This document shows positions 49,581 to 63,562 of a stretch of 64,000 nucleotides of DNA, piece after piece. The translations under genes were made by a program, and so were the position numbers. Each line of letters opens with the position of its first letter. The stretch's first letter is position 1. The DNA is from Styela clava (Eukaryota): contig NC_135254.1 in assembly GCF_964204865.1 (NCBI RefSeq), positions 4,774,001 through 4,838,000 of the forward strand. Direction: 5' to 3'. A model generated the notes under the pieces. That model was given only the letters and a program-made list of their open reading frames with translations, did not search any database and was not told the DNA's origin.

Positions 49581-50789
49581 ATAAATAAAATTAAAAACCT
49601 TCTGCCCGCGCTTGACCCTGGCCCATTTTTGCCCATCAATCCTCCATCATAAACCCCAAAGACGTCACTCAAGGTTTGCTGAAACTATTGACAAGAAATC
49701 TATTCGCTAGACGTCGCTGCTTATAAAGGATTTACGTGGTATTTCACTTATTCAAAAAAAGCGATAATTTTCTATCGTAGGTTTTTGATGTTCTATACTT
49801 CATGGCCCCTAAAGGATTAAGTTTTTCAAATTGTGCTTTCAATGCTTCTATTTGTCTTTTTATGATCAAAGTTTGCCACAAAACAAATCTGGAACCAGTT
49901 ACGTAAGCCAAATTGTTATCAAACTACGGAAGTTCATGCTTCACTCCTTCGCGTCAACAAACGCAGTCGGCCATGCCTGTTCGCACTTGATTGCTCATAA
50001 ATGAATTATTGCGCGCTTTCTATCATGAAACAGAAAGATATAACATCCTGCCCGATGAAGTGAACTTTGTTTGTTTCCTATCTGAAATACTTGGCCGAAA
50101 ATATTCGCTCATCTCGAAACGTTGAAGACATCAGTCGGACATGCATGTTTGGCCTAGATAGCACCTTATTGCTCATAAATGTGTTATTGCGCGCTTTCCA
50201 TTATGAAACAGAAAGACATAACATTCTTCCCAATGACGTAAACCTAAACTTTGTTTTGTATCTGACCTACTTAGCCGAAAGTTTAGTCGAGAGTTCGTAC
50301 TTTATTACCCATTAGTTATTGCGTGGTTATTACCATGAAGATATGTTTATTAAATACAAATGTGAAAACAAAAAGAAGTAAACACAATAAGAAAATAACA
50401 CTGGTGCAAACAAAATAGAAAAAATGTCAAATGCGAAATGAATATACAATGAACAAAATGCGTAAAAAAAACACTATTTACAAAAATAATAGAATAAATC
50501 TATCTCCAGTATTCTAATTTAGTATGCCAGACTGCAAAACAAGTATGTTTGCGAGAAAGCAAAGGTGAACATCGCACTTGATACGGCTGCACGAAACATA
50601 GGATTTTTCATTACCGTCTCCTGACGCCACTTGATTATTCATCGAACAAACGGGGCAAACCACCTGCCTTCCGTCAAACAAAGGAAGGTGCCGGCCAACG
50701 TTCTGTAATCTTTGAAGGGAGCCGGACCCACATACGCGTCGCGAGGTCCTATGGGTCCCAATCAGACCGGTTATTATGAACATCCGGAA

Positions 50790-52095
50790 CGAAAATCCGA
50801 GCCACTTTAATTTCCGTAATGATTGTCTGCTTCAGCCTGCCAGAAATCATTTGGATAATTTCATTTTGGCACGTGGAACTGAGATACTTCCCTGACCCTG
50901 AAGGCATTTCAATAGGTTTCCCCATAACATTATCGTATTTTGAAAGCAATTCAACAACCCCCAAAAAGTTGCCGTTATTACCTTCGAAGAGGTTTCTCTC
51001 TATGACCCCGTAGCGATAGATTTCGCGCCGAAAGCATAAGTATGATAGAGATATAGCGTTCAACGATCAATCTCCAAAAATTCTTACTGCGTCGAAATTT
51101 CTCTTCGGCCAGTTTCTCAATCGTAGAACCACTTTTCCATTTTTGATATAACAGACACAGTTCTATGTGCGTCGTTGTGCTATCTCCATGTTGCGTAATT
51201 TTCGAAAATAACCAACATGGTTCGCAGTATGCCTTTTCAAGTCTTGGAGAGTAGCATAACCATGGTCGTTCTATGCTCAAATCTTTTCTCTTTGTTTGTT
51301 TTGTGTAATATGGTACGGAAAACATCTGTTTTCCCGCTGTGTATTCTTCGGGAAAGGCCCTCGGGGTCGACACGGGCCTGCGTCTATTATAATTTTTTTA
51401 ATTTGTGCGTTGATTTCAACGCCAATTAAGTTCCCCATGTCCGATGGATAGTGGATACTGGCATTGTGTCAGCTTCGTTAGCGAATCATCATCTAAAAAT
51501 TAAGTTTTAGTCGTTTTTACACCAAATTATGCAACTTATTCAATTTGCTTCAAAAATCAGTAGCTTACCTGTGATAATTGTCGTGTAAGTTTTGGAAGAA
51601 CTTTCATTCGCGCCGGCACCATCAATTTTGGAGATTGAACACGTATCTGGTTTTCCGGAGTTTTCTACCGATACCAGCGATGCTAGGCCTAATTCCTCCT
51701 CAGTTAAGCTCGGTATTCCCGAGTCTACTTGTTTCAATTTTGTTTTTCAAATATTTCGTTTATCTTGGTCACTTTAATTTTTTTTCATACGTTCTTCCTC
51801 TTTTGCCCTTTTTCTGCGTTTCTGTGCGCCACTGAGAGGTTTTGCTTTCGACATCATTCTGGCAGCCTTCGTAATTGTGCCGGTACGATCAAACCACACG
51901 ACGCCGAAAATCGATGACTCCCTGGCACTGTTACGTAACAAAACGATTTGAGCAGAACTAACATCAACATTATAAGATGTTCATTACTGGTTTTGCAGTG
52001 CAGCTTCATGTTTTGCAGCCTAAATTTCTAACCTCTTGGGGCCCCTTTGCGCTGTGCCCTCCCCCGCGACCGCGGGGATGGATGCTACGCCACTG
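50790..52095 (-). mobile_element. hAT (ZMYM1/DUF4371-like) transposon remnant nested in the piggyBac
   Basis: CAGTGGCGTAGC terminus at 52095. Fragments RPWLCYSP..AYCEPCWLF, LSLRGHRE, GNFLGVVELL and YLSSTCQNEII. Confidence 0.85.
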
Positions 52096-52669
52096 CCCCT
52101 TAGATAGCAAATATTTGAAAAGTTCTGGAATAGTGTAGAAATTATCTACATATAAACGTTGGTACATTCCGACAAACGGATCGATAAGGTACTTTATGAC
52201 ACGCGATGAAAGTCCATTCTCTGGATTTGCAGTTGAGTCTTCCCCAGTGTAGAATTGTAGTCGCGATACAAAGCAGATAGAAGACTCAGCTGAAACCCAA
52301 ACCTTGATCCCGAAGCGAGCCCGCTTTGATTTGATAAATTGGCGGAAACTAATTCTGCCCCTGAACGGGATCAAGGTTTCGTCAATTGATATTTCTCGGC
52401 CCATTGAATATTCAATTTGAACGAGTGGCAAAATCAGCAACAAGAATTGCCGTATTTTGAATAGTTTGTCTTTGTCAGGATCTGCAGCATCAGGTGCTAA
52501 TATCTCGTCGCATGGATGCAAATACCTCATAATTTCCCTGAAACGCTTTCTGGTCACGATTTCATTGAAGCAGGGAATAATATCTAGCAGCCAGTTCTTC
52601 TTTTGCCAATAAAAATTGACAACTGGAAGACGAATTATTGGACACGTAGTGGACATAACGATCGTTTCA

Positions 52670-52960
52670 ATATTATGTTGTTGTTGTTCTTGTTATCCTT
52701 GTTGTTGTTCTTGTTCTTTGACACGTTTTTAAAAAGTCGCTTTTCTCTTCGAATACTGGACCAATTGCTTTGAAATTTTCAGTGGTTGAAGATAAAATTT
52801 TTCTCCAGAAGGCTATTACTTTTTTTTTCGCTATGACGTCATCAAAATTATTGCCATTGGGTGGCGCTACGTGTCCATATATTTGAGCATAGCTCTCTTG
52901 TTCCCATAAGCATTATTAGCCCAAAAAAACAATGAAATTCTGCCGCAGTGACAAGCTCCC
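52670..52960. mobile_element. Short interspersed element with (GTT)n and CCAATTGCTTTGAAATTTTCAG motif (Helentron/DINE-like, tentative)
   Basis: Interrupts the piggyBac coding region; microsatellite followed by a TTGAAATTT core. Confidence 0.35.
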
Positions 52961-54559
52961 ATTCCATCGACTCAGTCACTGTTGCAACGGCGGCCGCTGT
53001 AAAAAAAATGAAATTAGCATACGGCGTTTTGATATTGTCGTAACTTCATTGATTGATTTGATAAAAATAATATAATTCTATATTTAACTATACTTCTATA
53101 CTTTATTGTAAACACAAAAATGAAACAAAAAATTTGTGGAGACTCACCTTGGAGTTTTCTAACGGCGTTGAGATTCGTCAATTCGTCAAAATTTAAAAAA
53201 GAAAGTCACCGGAATCGAGTTTTCTTTCAATTGGCGATTGCGTACCCGTCTTTGTCCCCCAAAGGGTGAGATTGTCCTCCCAACGAAAGAATTTGTCTAG
53301 TTGTAAGACGGGCGAATGCCACGCGACGACGACCGCCGAGCCCTTTTTCTTGCCCCCGCCCTTGCAGAGCGCCCCCTCCCCGTCTTCCAGGTGGAGCGGT
53401 AGAAGTTGACGGTTCATCATCTGAAGTAATAAATTGTTTGTTACGTTATCGATTGAGTCAAAATAAATTTATCTCATCTCACTGAAATCTATTAAACAAA
53501 TTAGTACGAAACTTCATCGGCTTGACTTTCTAAAATGTCTTCTTCTTCAGAAAAATCCGACATTTTCATATTGTCATTGTCCGACTCATCTTCTGGAATA
53601 AATTCCTCGTTCTCCAACTGCCATAAAACATCCTCTACATCTAAAACTCTAGTTGCCTGTCCAGCCATTTTTCAATAAGTGTAGTAGATAACTCGCATAT
53701 ATCGCTCTCAAAATGGCGCTATTTATAGAACAGTGGATATCAGAGGGCTACTAAAGCATTTTTCTTGAAGCTAACGAGGCCTAACAACCTCTCTCTTATT
53801 TACGGCCTCAGATTAACAGTACATTACCAGTAAGCTCAAAGCAAACACGCAAAAATCTCATATGAGCTTATCAATATTTTAAACAAAATTTGCCCACCGT
53901 TGCGCGCCAAAATGAAACAGTTGGCGCTGTGGCTCGACCAAAAAGGTATACCCGCTGCAACTTTCGATGGACCACCGCAGTAGGCGCTGTGACTCGACAT
54001 AAAAGTTAGTACCAAACGCCCCAGTCCTGACCTGACATCATTTGACTATGAATGATGCATTTTAGAAACTTTCCATGAACCACGGACTAATCATTTTTCT
54101 TGTTTTGGTCGCTCCTCACTTCTACATCCAGCCATCTTGACTCATAAATTGTGATTATACTGTATATGGCGACCCAACGAATGCGTTTTACCTCACTTCT
54201 CTTTGAAATAAACTAATTTCCTGTTTTCATGTCTCGTCCGTTGTTATTTTTAACACATAAAATCATACAAATTGTCCATTTTACTCAAAAACCAAATTAA
54301 TTTGTTTTATAGAACAGATGACACTGATTAAATCATACCTTTATTTACACACAGAGTGTGATGCTGACAAGTTTGTAATAAAACGTTTGTTTGAACTATT
54401 TGTACTAACGTATAAGATTCGTGTAACCACTCTATTTCAGTAATCGTCCATGCATTTGCGCAAAAATCAGCAATGGTGCCTTTGCCAGGGCACATCACCT
54501 TTCCTTGAAAAGTAGTTGGCAAAGGTGTGGCGAACCGAGTGAGCGTTCTGTGTTGCACG

Positions 54560-54690
54560 GCCATCACTCCCGGGTATGACATGCAGCCACTCTCACATCT
54601 TCGTCAACTGTTGCATCTCTCCTCAATAGATTATGGAAGCAGCATGTTGCTTTTATGATAAAGTCAATATTGCTGGAACTTTAAGGGTAA
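54560..54690 (-). pseudogene. PIF/Harbinger DDE transposase fragment
   Basis: Minus strand reads NIDFIIKATCCFHNLLRR, resembling the HARBI1-type I.AC..LHN motif. Confidence 0.5.
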
Positions 54691-55052
54691 TACTGTTGGT
54701 CGGTGATATACAACTTTTTTTATCATCCCGTTTCCTCAATCACAACAGTAATCGCAATCGTTGATTTTTGCTTAAAGTCATCACCAAACCTTAGAACAAA
54801 GCATCTAAACTCAACTCAAATCTCGGTCAACGCAGCGTGTCTCATTGCGTTGACGCAGTGCGGCAAAATTATGCGTTAACGCAATAACGCACGTTTACTT
54901 AATTAAACAATTAAGGAATAACACAGTCGTATGAACAGATGTGAGAGAACCCTAATGGTACAAGTAATACCGCATCTCTATTTCTTTAGGGCGAACTGTT
55001 CATTCGCCCAAGATTGTTATTTGAAATCTTGGATGTGGTTAATGCCTTGGAC

Positions 55053-55500
55053 CAGGGATGGCCAACCCGCGGTTCGCGAGCCGCATGCAGCTCTTGCTAC
55101 GATTTCATGCGGCTCTTTTCGCCTTGGTTATTGCAAGGAAAACATAACTTGCAAATTACAATTCATCACGTTTCCATTAAACATATTATGATTCGTCGTG
55201 CATTTTTTTACACCGAAAGTTCATGTGCGCCATTATTCAATCGCCCATTATTGCGTCACAATCAAAGTCTTCGTTGTGAAACGTGTTTATTGCACCATTA
55301 ATACCATTCAAAATGACCATTGTCATACCGTTGTTATGTTGCAGATAGTAAACGCTTGACTGATCTTCTGTTTCGACGCATTTCTTGTCGGCTAATGCAT
55401 AGGAAATAAGGGGTGAAGTGACCATACTTTGTAAAAATCTAATGTTTTGACGCACGACACGTCACGTGGGATATTTGGTAGTGATAGAAAGTTTGTAACT
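55053..55500. mobile_element. Charlie-like hAT MITE (5' part)
   Basis: CAGGGATGGCCAACC..GAGCCGCATGCAGCTC..TGCGGCTC, like 26137. Confidence 0.6.
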
Positions 55501-55505
55501 TCAGC

Positions 55506-55755
55506 TCAATGATTTAGCAAATGAGGATCTTGATAAAAATCGGTGATCGTAAAAATCTTGTTAGCAGTTAGCCAAGATTGAATATTAGTTAAGCCAGCAT
55601 TAGCTTTTTCAAGAAAGTCTGGTAAATTTTTCCCCTGTAGGAAAGGGGTGGTGTCAACAGCAAATAGAATAGCATCAGAGTTTTTGAGTGATTTAGGGAA
55701 ATCATTAATCATAATTAAGAAAAATATAGGCCCCATAAGCGACTCTTGAGGGGCT
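55506..55755 (-). pseudogene. LINE reverse transcriptase fragment
   Basis: PQESLMGPIFFLIMINDF..LFAVDTT..WLTANK (degenerate GVPQGS/FADD region). Confidence 0.75.
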
Positions 55756-55915
55756 CAAAGAAAACGCACAAATAGTTGAATCAATAGTTATTACCATGTT
55801 TGGTTATATATAGAAATCACATGCTGTGAGACAGCTATGAATTACATTTTCTGAGCAAAGAGTTTCTTCAATAGACAAGCTTCCTAATTCAAGACATGGG
55901 TTATAGATTATATTC

Positions 55916-56271
55916 CAAGGGTGGGCAAGGTTTTTGAGCCAGGTGCCAAATATTTTGCCAACCTAGACTGGCGGGCCATGTAAGGGCGACGTGAAAAGTT
56001 ACATTTTATGAAAAGAAATATATTTACAGTGTTACAAGTTTTGTTAACGTCCCCATAGCAGGAAAGTCTGTGGCAACCTAAAATAGAACTTACACAGATT
56101 ACTATCATAATCTAACAAGCCTATCCATTGCACAATACCGATTTCAATAACAACAACTATGTAGTGCATGCAGCATTGATAAAAAGCATAAATTTATGGC
56201 AGCACCAGGCGGGCCAAATTGAATCACCTAACGGGCCAGATTTTGCCCGAGGGCCGTAGTTTGCCCATTTC
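55916..56271. mobile_element. Charlie-like hAT MITE
   Basis: GGGTGGGCAAGGTT start, GGCCGTAGTTTGCCCA end, GCGGGCCA repeats. Confidence 0.6.
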
Positions 56272-56330
56272 AGAATTATACCGTTAATAAGAATAAAGAA
56301 TTATTTTAGAAATAGAGTTAGACTCATTGC

Positions 56331-56531
56331 TTATTCATTGTTCTTATAACTGACACTGTATGTTTTCAAAGATGGTGGGTCATTGAACATTCCCTGATGT
56401 TCATCCTCTGCAATTTCAGAAACTTGCACAGCATCATTTGTCGAGGATGGATCGGATTTAGGATTATCAGAATACCATATCTCTGTTGGCAGAGTGATAG
56501 TTCCTCCACTTGATACAAAAATCTGATTGCT
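56331..56531 (-). pseudogene. Orphan last exon of a paralogous C-type lectin gene
   Basis: TTGTTACAG acceptor, then SNQIFVSSGGTITLPTEIWYSDNPKSDPS..QGMFNDPPS, homologous to 43011-42817. The terminal Cys (ICE) is lost. Flanking intron and 3' sequence are homologous to 42600-43280. No upstream exons found. Confidence 0.7.
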
Positions 56532-56706
56532 CTGTAACAATTAAACAAACAGTTTTCAACAGAATCGGTTGCTTGAAATGTAAATGCGACTGACATAGTA
56601 AGAATAAAAGTATTTGCTTTCAGCAATAGACTTCATAATAAAAGTATTCGACAGAGACAAAATACGACAGGTTAACGCTACAAGTTAACACTCATATGTA
56701 AAGAAC

Positions 56707-57092
56707 TGCAACAGTACGACTTAACCGGAATACCGGTAGGTGCTAGCCATTAATATAGTCTAGTAATAATTATTTCAGAAGATCCCGTGTGCTGCAAAGA
56801 CACGCAAATAGGTTCGAAGTTCACGATGCAAACAAAAGACTTTATTAAAATAGTGTAAAATCCACTTTTAAAGCAGATAAAATAAGAGCGACAAAATACG
56901 TTCCTCACCCAGCGACAGCAGAAGCAAGAAGAGGCTGACCATATGCAGTGGTGGTTGGAGTCGTGTAACTGAATCTAACTATTGGGCGAATTAGGCTCAG
57001 ACTCCACACACCAATGCATATGCCATAACTAGACACTAAATATAAATAAAATACAAAACAATAAAAAATAGGACAATTCCAGTCCCGCCACA
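56707..57092 (-). mobile_element. Solo LTR (Gypsy-like)
   Basis: TG...CA termini, TSD GAAC (56703-56706, 57093-57096) and AATAAA on the minus strand. The paralogous intron at ~43140 (AAGAATTACATGAAAA) shows the empty site. Confidence 0.72.
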
Positions 57093-58016
57093 GAACTACA
57101 TGAAAACTTGTCAAAATCAGAAAATATCACATATTTTAAAATACTATATTCAAAAAATACCAAGAGATAAATCGTTCATCACGTCACAGTATATTCGAAG
57201 TCTACAATAAAATCCTATATTTTAAATTTTGTTGTTCACACAGTCTCTCAATCATACAAATGCATTTTTATTTTGCCCACTTGCTCAACTTGCCCAAAAA
57301 CTGGTTTGAGCCAATATTGAAGCCGGTGTAGTTAAATGTACAAAAATGTATCAAACTCAGATTTTAGTTTGTGACCTGTCAAACTGACCTCAATCCCACC
57401 CAGTCCGAAACTATGCCCGACCAGCAAGGAATATTGCTACACTGCACTAATCTCACCCTGATTCCGAACGACTTCCCGGAAAATTTATATAATCTCAGTT
57501 TGGGAAACCTTGATCTAATCTAATGCAGTAGAAGTAGGCTACCGAGAGACATGAGATGGGCCGGTGTTTTATTTGCATTCTTCATGTATTTATAGGGCTG
57601 TACCAGCAGCGGCTTTATTTATACAACATATGCATTTGCAGTCGATACCACTTTCCGCAAGCGTTCGAAGCAGTCAATTCCGTCGACTTAATGAGTTCTA
57701 CACAGCGAGAAAAAATGACCTCAAACTCAGTGATTGAAGTGTTGCTCAACAGTAAATGTTGGGAAGTATCACAGCGTAAAAACTTGGCATCTGCTGTTGG
57801 TCATCAGTTCATTTTGTAACTATAACGCCTAGTATTCGAGCAGATTTCTGGGTCGCGAGATTTTACATAATTTATATTCTAGAAGATTTACCTAAACGTC
57901 ACAGCCTTAATTGCTTTGTCACATTCGCAGCTGTATTCGATTCTTAAGGCTTTTTTCTGCTTTATTCGCGCGGTTGTCGTCGGCTTCATAGTTTAACATA
58001 GCGGAAGGGAAGGTGG

Positions 58017-58940
58017 GTGTTTGTTGAAAAAATCGGAGTGAAGTATACGATGTGGAAGTATTTCCGCGTACAAACAGCCTCAGAAAAAGATTATGCTAGC
58101 TGTATATTGTGTAACATAAAGTTTTCAACCAAAATATGCACAACAAGAACAACATGTCTGCTCAATCATCTCCGCTGTCATCATCTTCAGGAATTTGAAT
58201 GCGTGAAAGCGAATAACCAAAAACGCTATTCAACATACAAACCTGCTTTGAAAACGAGCTGAATATCCAAAATCAAGCGCTCACTGGAATAGCGTTACAG
58301 AAGCAATAACGAGTTGTCTAGCTAAAGTGGTTATGCCAGTCTACAATGTTAAGAAAGAGGGCTATCGCGAGATTCTGTGAACAATAAACAAACGGTACCG
58401 TTCACCCAGCTGGAACTATTTTACAAAGATACCTATACCGGCTTTATATGGATGCTGCTCGTGATGCTTTAACGACGGACCTGTAGCCTAGTTACAACGG
58501 TGGACCGCGTACATTAGCCTGTGTCAGCACAATATATAACCGCAAATTGGAAGATGGGTTCATGCTGTTTAGAAACGCACTTCATACCAGGGGACCACAT
58601 TGGCTTGAATATAGCAGATACGCTAAAATGTACGCTTCAAGCTTGGGTAAAAAAAACATCGCTGCAACAATGGGACAGATATGAAATCGACATGAATCGT
58701 ATTGACCCGTGTTTTTGCTTTGGTCACATTTAAACCTTGCAATTGCAAACTTGCTGTAGGATTTGCGCATCACTCGATTATTTTCTGTATAGAAAAGACT
58801 TGTGGCATCGTTCGCATAAAAATTTCTCTAGGTACGATTGAACGATTCTATCTCCCAAGCCACATACTCGTCGTAAACTGCCCGACCAGGTGGATGTCGC
58901 TGTTCCACATGATCGAAAGAATTTCAGAACACGAAGCGAA
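58017..58940 (+). pseudogene. hAT/Ac (ZBED-like) transposase remnant
   Basis: BED finger WKYF..ASCILC..LLNHLRCHH, then H.G.NIA and CPTRW.S.F.M.ER motifs, with stops and frameshifts. Confidence 0.8.
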
Positions 58941-59099
58941 TAGCGATCCGAGATATATTAAGAACGGATCGAACAGATGCGTCTTTATCATCCTCTTGGC
59001 AAGAACTATCGAATTCCACACAGATACCTCGATTTTGTTGAATATTATAGCGATTTTTTTTAATTTGTTCCAGTAATCATGAGAACTTCAAGTTTTCAA

Positions 59100-61810
59100 C
59101 TGGTCTTTTTTGCGACGAGTCCTGGTAAGCCCGCTTGCGATGGTCTTGGTGGTACTATTCAAACAGTATGACTGCGACATGGTCTTGGCTGAACAATTTA
59201 ACTCCAAGGACGACTTGGCATAAAAATTTGACTCTGACAATGACTTGCCTAAACAATTTGACTTCGAAAAGGACTTGGCTAACGCAGTTACACTCCGATG
59301 AGGTCTTAACTAAACAATTTGATTACGACGAGTTCTTGGATAATCAATCTGACTTCTACGAGGTATTGGCTAAATAACTTGACTCCGGCAAGATATTGGC
59401 TAAACAATTGATTTGCAACAACGAACGTATTGGTTTGACTCCGACGAGTTCTTGGCTAAAGATTTTGATCTCCGACAAGTTCTTGGTTAAACAGTTTGAC
59501 CCCTACAAGGCCTGGGCTAAACAGTTAGACCCAGACAAGACCTTGACTAAACAGTTCGAACCCGACAAAATTTTGGCTAAACAATTTGATCTCCGAGAAG
59601 TTCTTGGCTAATTAATTTGACTACGACAAAGTCTTGACTAAACAATTTGAACTCCAACAGTGCCTCGGCTAAACAATTTGAATTCGACGAGATCTTGACT
59701 AAACAATTTGGCTCCGTCAAGAGTCGGCTAACCCAGTGATTCCCAAAGTGGGCGATATCGCCCCCCGGTGGGCGAAAACGATACAGAGGGGGGCGATTTC
59801 GCGTAACCTGTTTTTGCTCGGCGCACAGTGCACTTAATTCTGTACTCTGTATGCATTCACAGGCTTGAATCTCGTGGTCGATTATCACACGCGAAAAGAT
59901 TGCTGTACTCGTCTCCGCAGTAAGGTACGGTAGTTTGCGTATCCCAGTGGTCGCAGGTCCAAAATACGGCCTGAGTAAAATAATCTGGCCAGGGACGATT
60001 CTCTGAATGGACCTATCCCCGACCTTTGACCGCGGAAAATTCTTCCTATACTTTACCATTTTAAAATTTTCTGTGCTTATTTTAAGAGTGGTTTTGCGAG
60101 TTGTTGCCTGTGTAGAATGGGATATTTGTTTCAAACTATCATCATAATTCATATATCATTCAACAATCTGTTTTTTAAAAGTACCGATAAAGAATTTTAG
60201 CCTAGTCTATCACAGCTATTTCTACTCTAATTTTTGATTACTGTATTTAAACTGAAACTCATAGGAAGACAAAGTAATCATTGACGTATATGATTTAGAA
60301 TTAAATTTCCGGAAAACAACAAAAAACTAACGATTATAATCCAAAAACGGGAAAATGAGAAATGTTCACGACCACACCTGAAAGTCTGTCTGAGTGAGTG
60401 TGTCTGAGCGGATGCGAAAGGGGGTATTGTTACGTTTATTTTTGCATTTTGCTGATTGGCCAATGTCACGATGTAAACAAGGGTAAACATCCAAACGGCG
60501 GTTTTGACGATGAATTTATTTTATTTATAATCTACGCTCGAGGAGTAAATTACATTTTCTCACGTAACAGAATTTATCGTGAGACACGTTTAGACTAAAT
60601 TTTATTATATCCTGAAAATTCTATTGAACAGCTAACTACTCGTTTAACGAGCCTACAATTTAATTCTAATTGGACAAATGGTAACACGAAGAAAAAAAGT
60701 TGATGTTGAGGGCAAGGGATATTTCTATTCGAGAGATTCATTACTGCGTAATTTTTGTAAGAATGTACCTTCTTGAAGAAAATCTTTATTTAAATTTCAC
60801 AAACCATGCGAGAATATTCACTTAGATGTTCGGAAGTACATATTCGTGCGAACAATTATTTCCGAAAATGGACATTACAAAGAACAAGCAAAAAACTGGT
60901 ATTAGCCCATTTAGAAAATGTTCCAATCTTGGCGTCGTAAAGCCACCAAGAGTGATGCAGCAACAGGAAAGTGTCACATTAAAGGTCATTGTATTAATTT
61001 TTTAATAAGATGATTAAGTTGAGTTCACGAATTGTCGCAATTTTCACGCGCTGTTCCGTTTTTACTTTTTAAAAAATATATGCGACCCGCAAAAGACTAG
61101 CAACCCTAAATTTTGTCTCGCGAGCGAGATAAAATTTGCCGATCCATGGGCCGTAGTCGATAGGCGGTCACAGCGTCTTCCACATCCGAGTCCATGAATC
61201 CAAAAACAAATAGCTGATTAATTCTATGGAGTGGTGATCGGACTGGAGGCCGTGGTAGGATGAGGAATCGGGTATCGAGTATTTTGGTGCAGGTCATCAG
61301 GCTGTAGGAATGATGAGATGTACGAAAATCATAATAATAACTTTGGAAAAATTAACTTTGTTTTCATTATTTTAATGTGAAATGGGGTGAATTTAGGGAG
61401 AGAAATGCTATAAGACAAGAGTACACGGCGGTTTTTGAGGAGGTAGAACTCTGGATTCTTTCATTTCCGACCTATCACTATAGTAAAAAGGGTTTTTTGA
61501 GCCGTGCTACTATTGCTATCAAAACAATGAAATCGCCTTTCCATCAGTAAACTAGGTAATTTCAGATATAATAAAGAAAACTCGCTAAAGAACACCAAGC
61601 TCATCCATCTCATTAAAACACCATAAACTATTATTTGTCTACTTATTTGGTCTGCAATATATTCGTTTCTGACTTTCCATTTTTTGTAGTGCCGGGGGGC
61701 GATGAAGTTGTGTAAACTAGTGTAGGGGGGCGATGGTCAAAAAAGTTTGGGAACCACTGGGCTAACCAATTCGACTTTCACAAGGCCTTGGCTAGACTCC
61801 GACAATGCAT
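59100..61810. repeat. 30-bp minisatellite (consensus ~AAACAATTTGACTCCGACAAGGTCTTGGCT), ~20 units, split by a MITE
   Basis: Units at 59100-59733, resuming at 61760-61810. Confidence 0.85.
59734..61759. mobile_element. Charlie-like hAT non-autonomous element
   Basis: TIRs CAGTGATTCCCAAA / TTTGGGAACCACTG, TSD GGCTAACC (59726-59733, 61760-61767), GGGGCGAT subterminal repeats. Confidence 0.92.
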
Positions 61811-62635
61811 TGTCATACGAGCAAAAACATACCCATTGAATAAAATCAAGTTTATTTTATAATGCCAAGTTTATAATTCTTATAACGGTTTATTAGAAAT
61901 TACAAGACTGTTCAATAAACGTGGACAGGAGTACCAAAATACCACTTCTCCCTAAATGGATCTTTTGATGTTGCTTCTGTCTACTGTCGGGTTTAATAGA
62001 TGAAACGAAATGCCGTGGATTAATGGAAGTCGCACCAGATGTAATAAGGCTAAAAGAAAAAGGGGTTGAAACACACGACTTAGTTTGGAAAGGCATAGGA
62101 AATATGGAATGCATGTGAATAAATTAAATACACTTTGCCAATGTTTTTAATATTTTAATATAAATGATTTTATCTTAAGTACTGGTAGCTGTAAGATAAG
62201 ATTATTATGTCTTAATTTATTAATATTAGTGTAACATATTCATTCGCTAGTATACGATTATGTTTCTAATAATAACCTAAAAATTTCATAATCGAAACCA
62301 ACTGGTGATATGTATTCAAATGAATTGGATGATACTGATGCTGAATTCATGAAATATGCAAAAGTGATGGGAATTATAGAATTGGAATGGTAACTATTGA
62401 TGTAATGTGATAAATATTGTTTTAACACATATTGAAAAAACGTCGCTACAAACTCATGCGGTTGCCTTTTGTTAAATCGCAGAGGTGTTATTTGAGGCTG
62501 TAAATATCTTACTTTCTGTGTTTATTATTCCTTAATCACAAATTTCCATTGACAGATGTCGTTTGCCTCAAGGACTATGTATACCTTTCCAAGCATCAAA
62601 CTGTGCCCACTTACCATTGTGCCCAGACCCACCAC

Positions 62636-63432
62636 TAGGGTTGCCGACTATGAAAAGTCTCAATAAAGGACAGAGATTACCGTCATCATTTATTTTGTAA
62701 CTTGCAGAAAAGAACAATATAAAACAATGAACTACAAATTATATACAAGCTAAAAAGATATATTAAAAAATCTTCATGTATTTTTCATTAAATGTTTATT
62801 TAACATTGACCCACTCAAGCTGCATTCTGTGAACAGTTTAGTGCTTTGAATCGTGCCAAATTGTTTTTGAATGAGTGCAACTTTATCAAGATTAAACATA
62901 TGCAAATTAAGTTTGTCTTTTAGCTTCGAATGCTCTACAATTTTTACAAGTTTCTGATATTTTGGAGAAAGATTATCCAAAAGAGATTATTTTCCAAATG
63001 TTGAATTTTCATCAAATTCAAATCTTTTTTCCAAATACGTTATCGCAGAGTTGAGAAATAATCTAAAATCTTAGAGACCAATTATATTCTAGTTAAAATT
63101 CTAGTTATTGAACTAAAATTCACTTCAATCTTGGAGGGTTGCCACTTGTCATCTTCGGAAAATTAATGTAAAATATTTGAAATTGTTAATAAAATTGGTA
63201 TTTATTTGGCTATTTGAGCCGTGCCGAAGCGAAATTAAAAAGAATAATTAAAAGCTTGCAAATACATAAACGGAGGCGATTTAAGAACGAAACAATATCA
63301 AACACAGTACTATAACTATCGGGCAAAACGACGTTGGAAAAAATAAAGTACAATTATCATCTTAAGAAGAACAAGAACAAAAATCTCAAATAAAGGATTG
63401 TCCGTTGAAATAAAGGACGGTTGGCAACCCTA
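62636..63432. mobile_element. hAT deletion derivative (TAGGGTTGCC termini)
   Basis: TIR TAGGGTTGCC/GGCAACCCTA, TSD CCCACCAC on both sides, AATAAAGGA subterminal repeats, decayed coding-like interior. Confidence 0.9.
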
Positions 63433-63562
63433 CCCACCACATCCCAACCGAATCGATCCTCCATATGCTCAGAGTCTTTTAACAATTCTGGAGACTTTTC
63501 CCCAAGGGAAAAACAGATTTAAACTAACCTTATGATAAATATATAATACTTTGTTTATAGTT

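Larger units (their letters stand above)
50514..53668 (-). pseudogene. piggyBac (PGBD4-like) transposase remnant
   Basis: Acidic N-terminus from ATG 53668. Core ISIDETLIPFRGR..FGIKVW..LYVDNFYT at 52100-52656. Cys-rich C-terminus CPVC..C..CDVHLC at 50514-50783. Split by insertions. Confidence 0.88.

Noticed and set aside
59100-59733. CRISPR-like appearance of ~30-bp periodic repeats
   Set aside because: The units are contiguous and degenerate with no unique spacers, there are no cas genes, and the context is eukaryotic.
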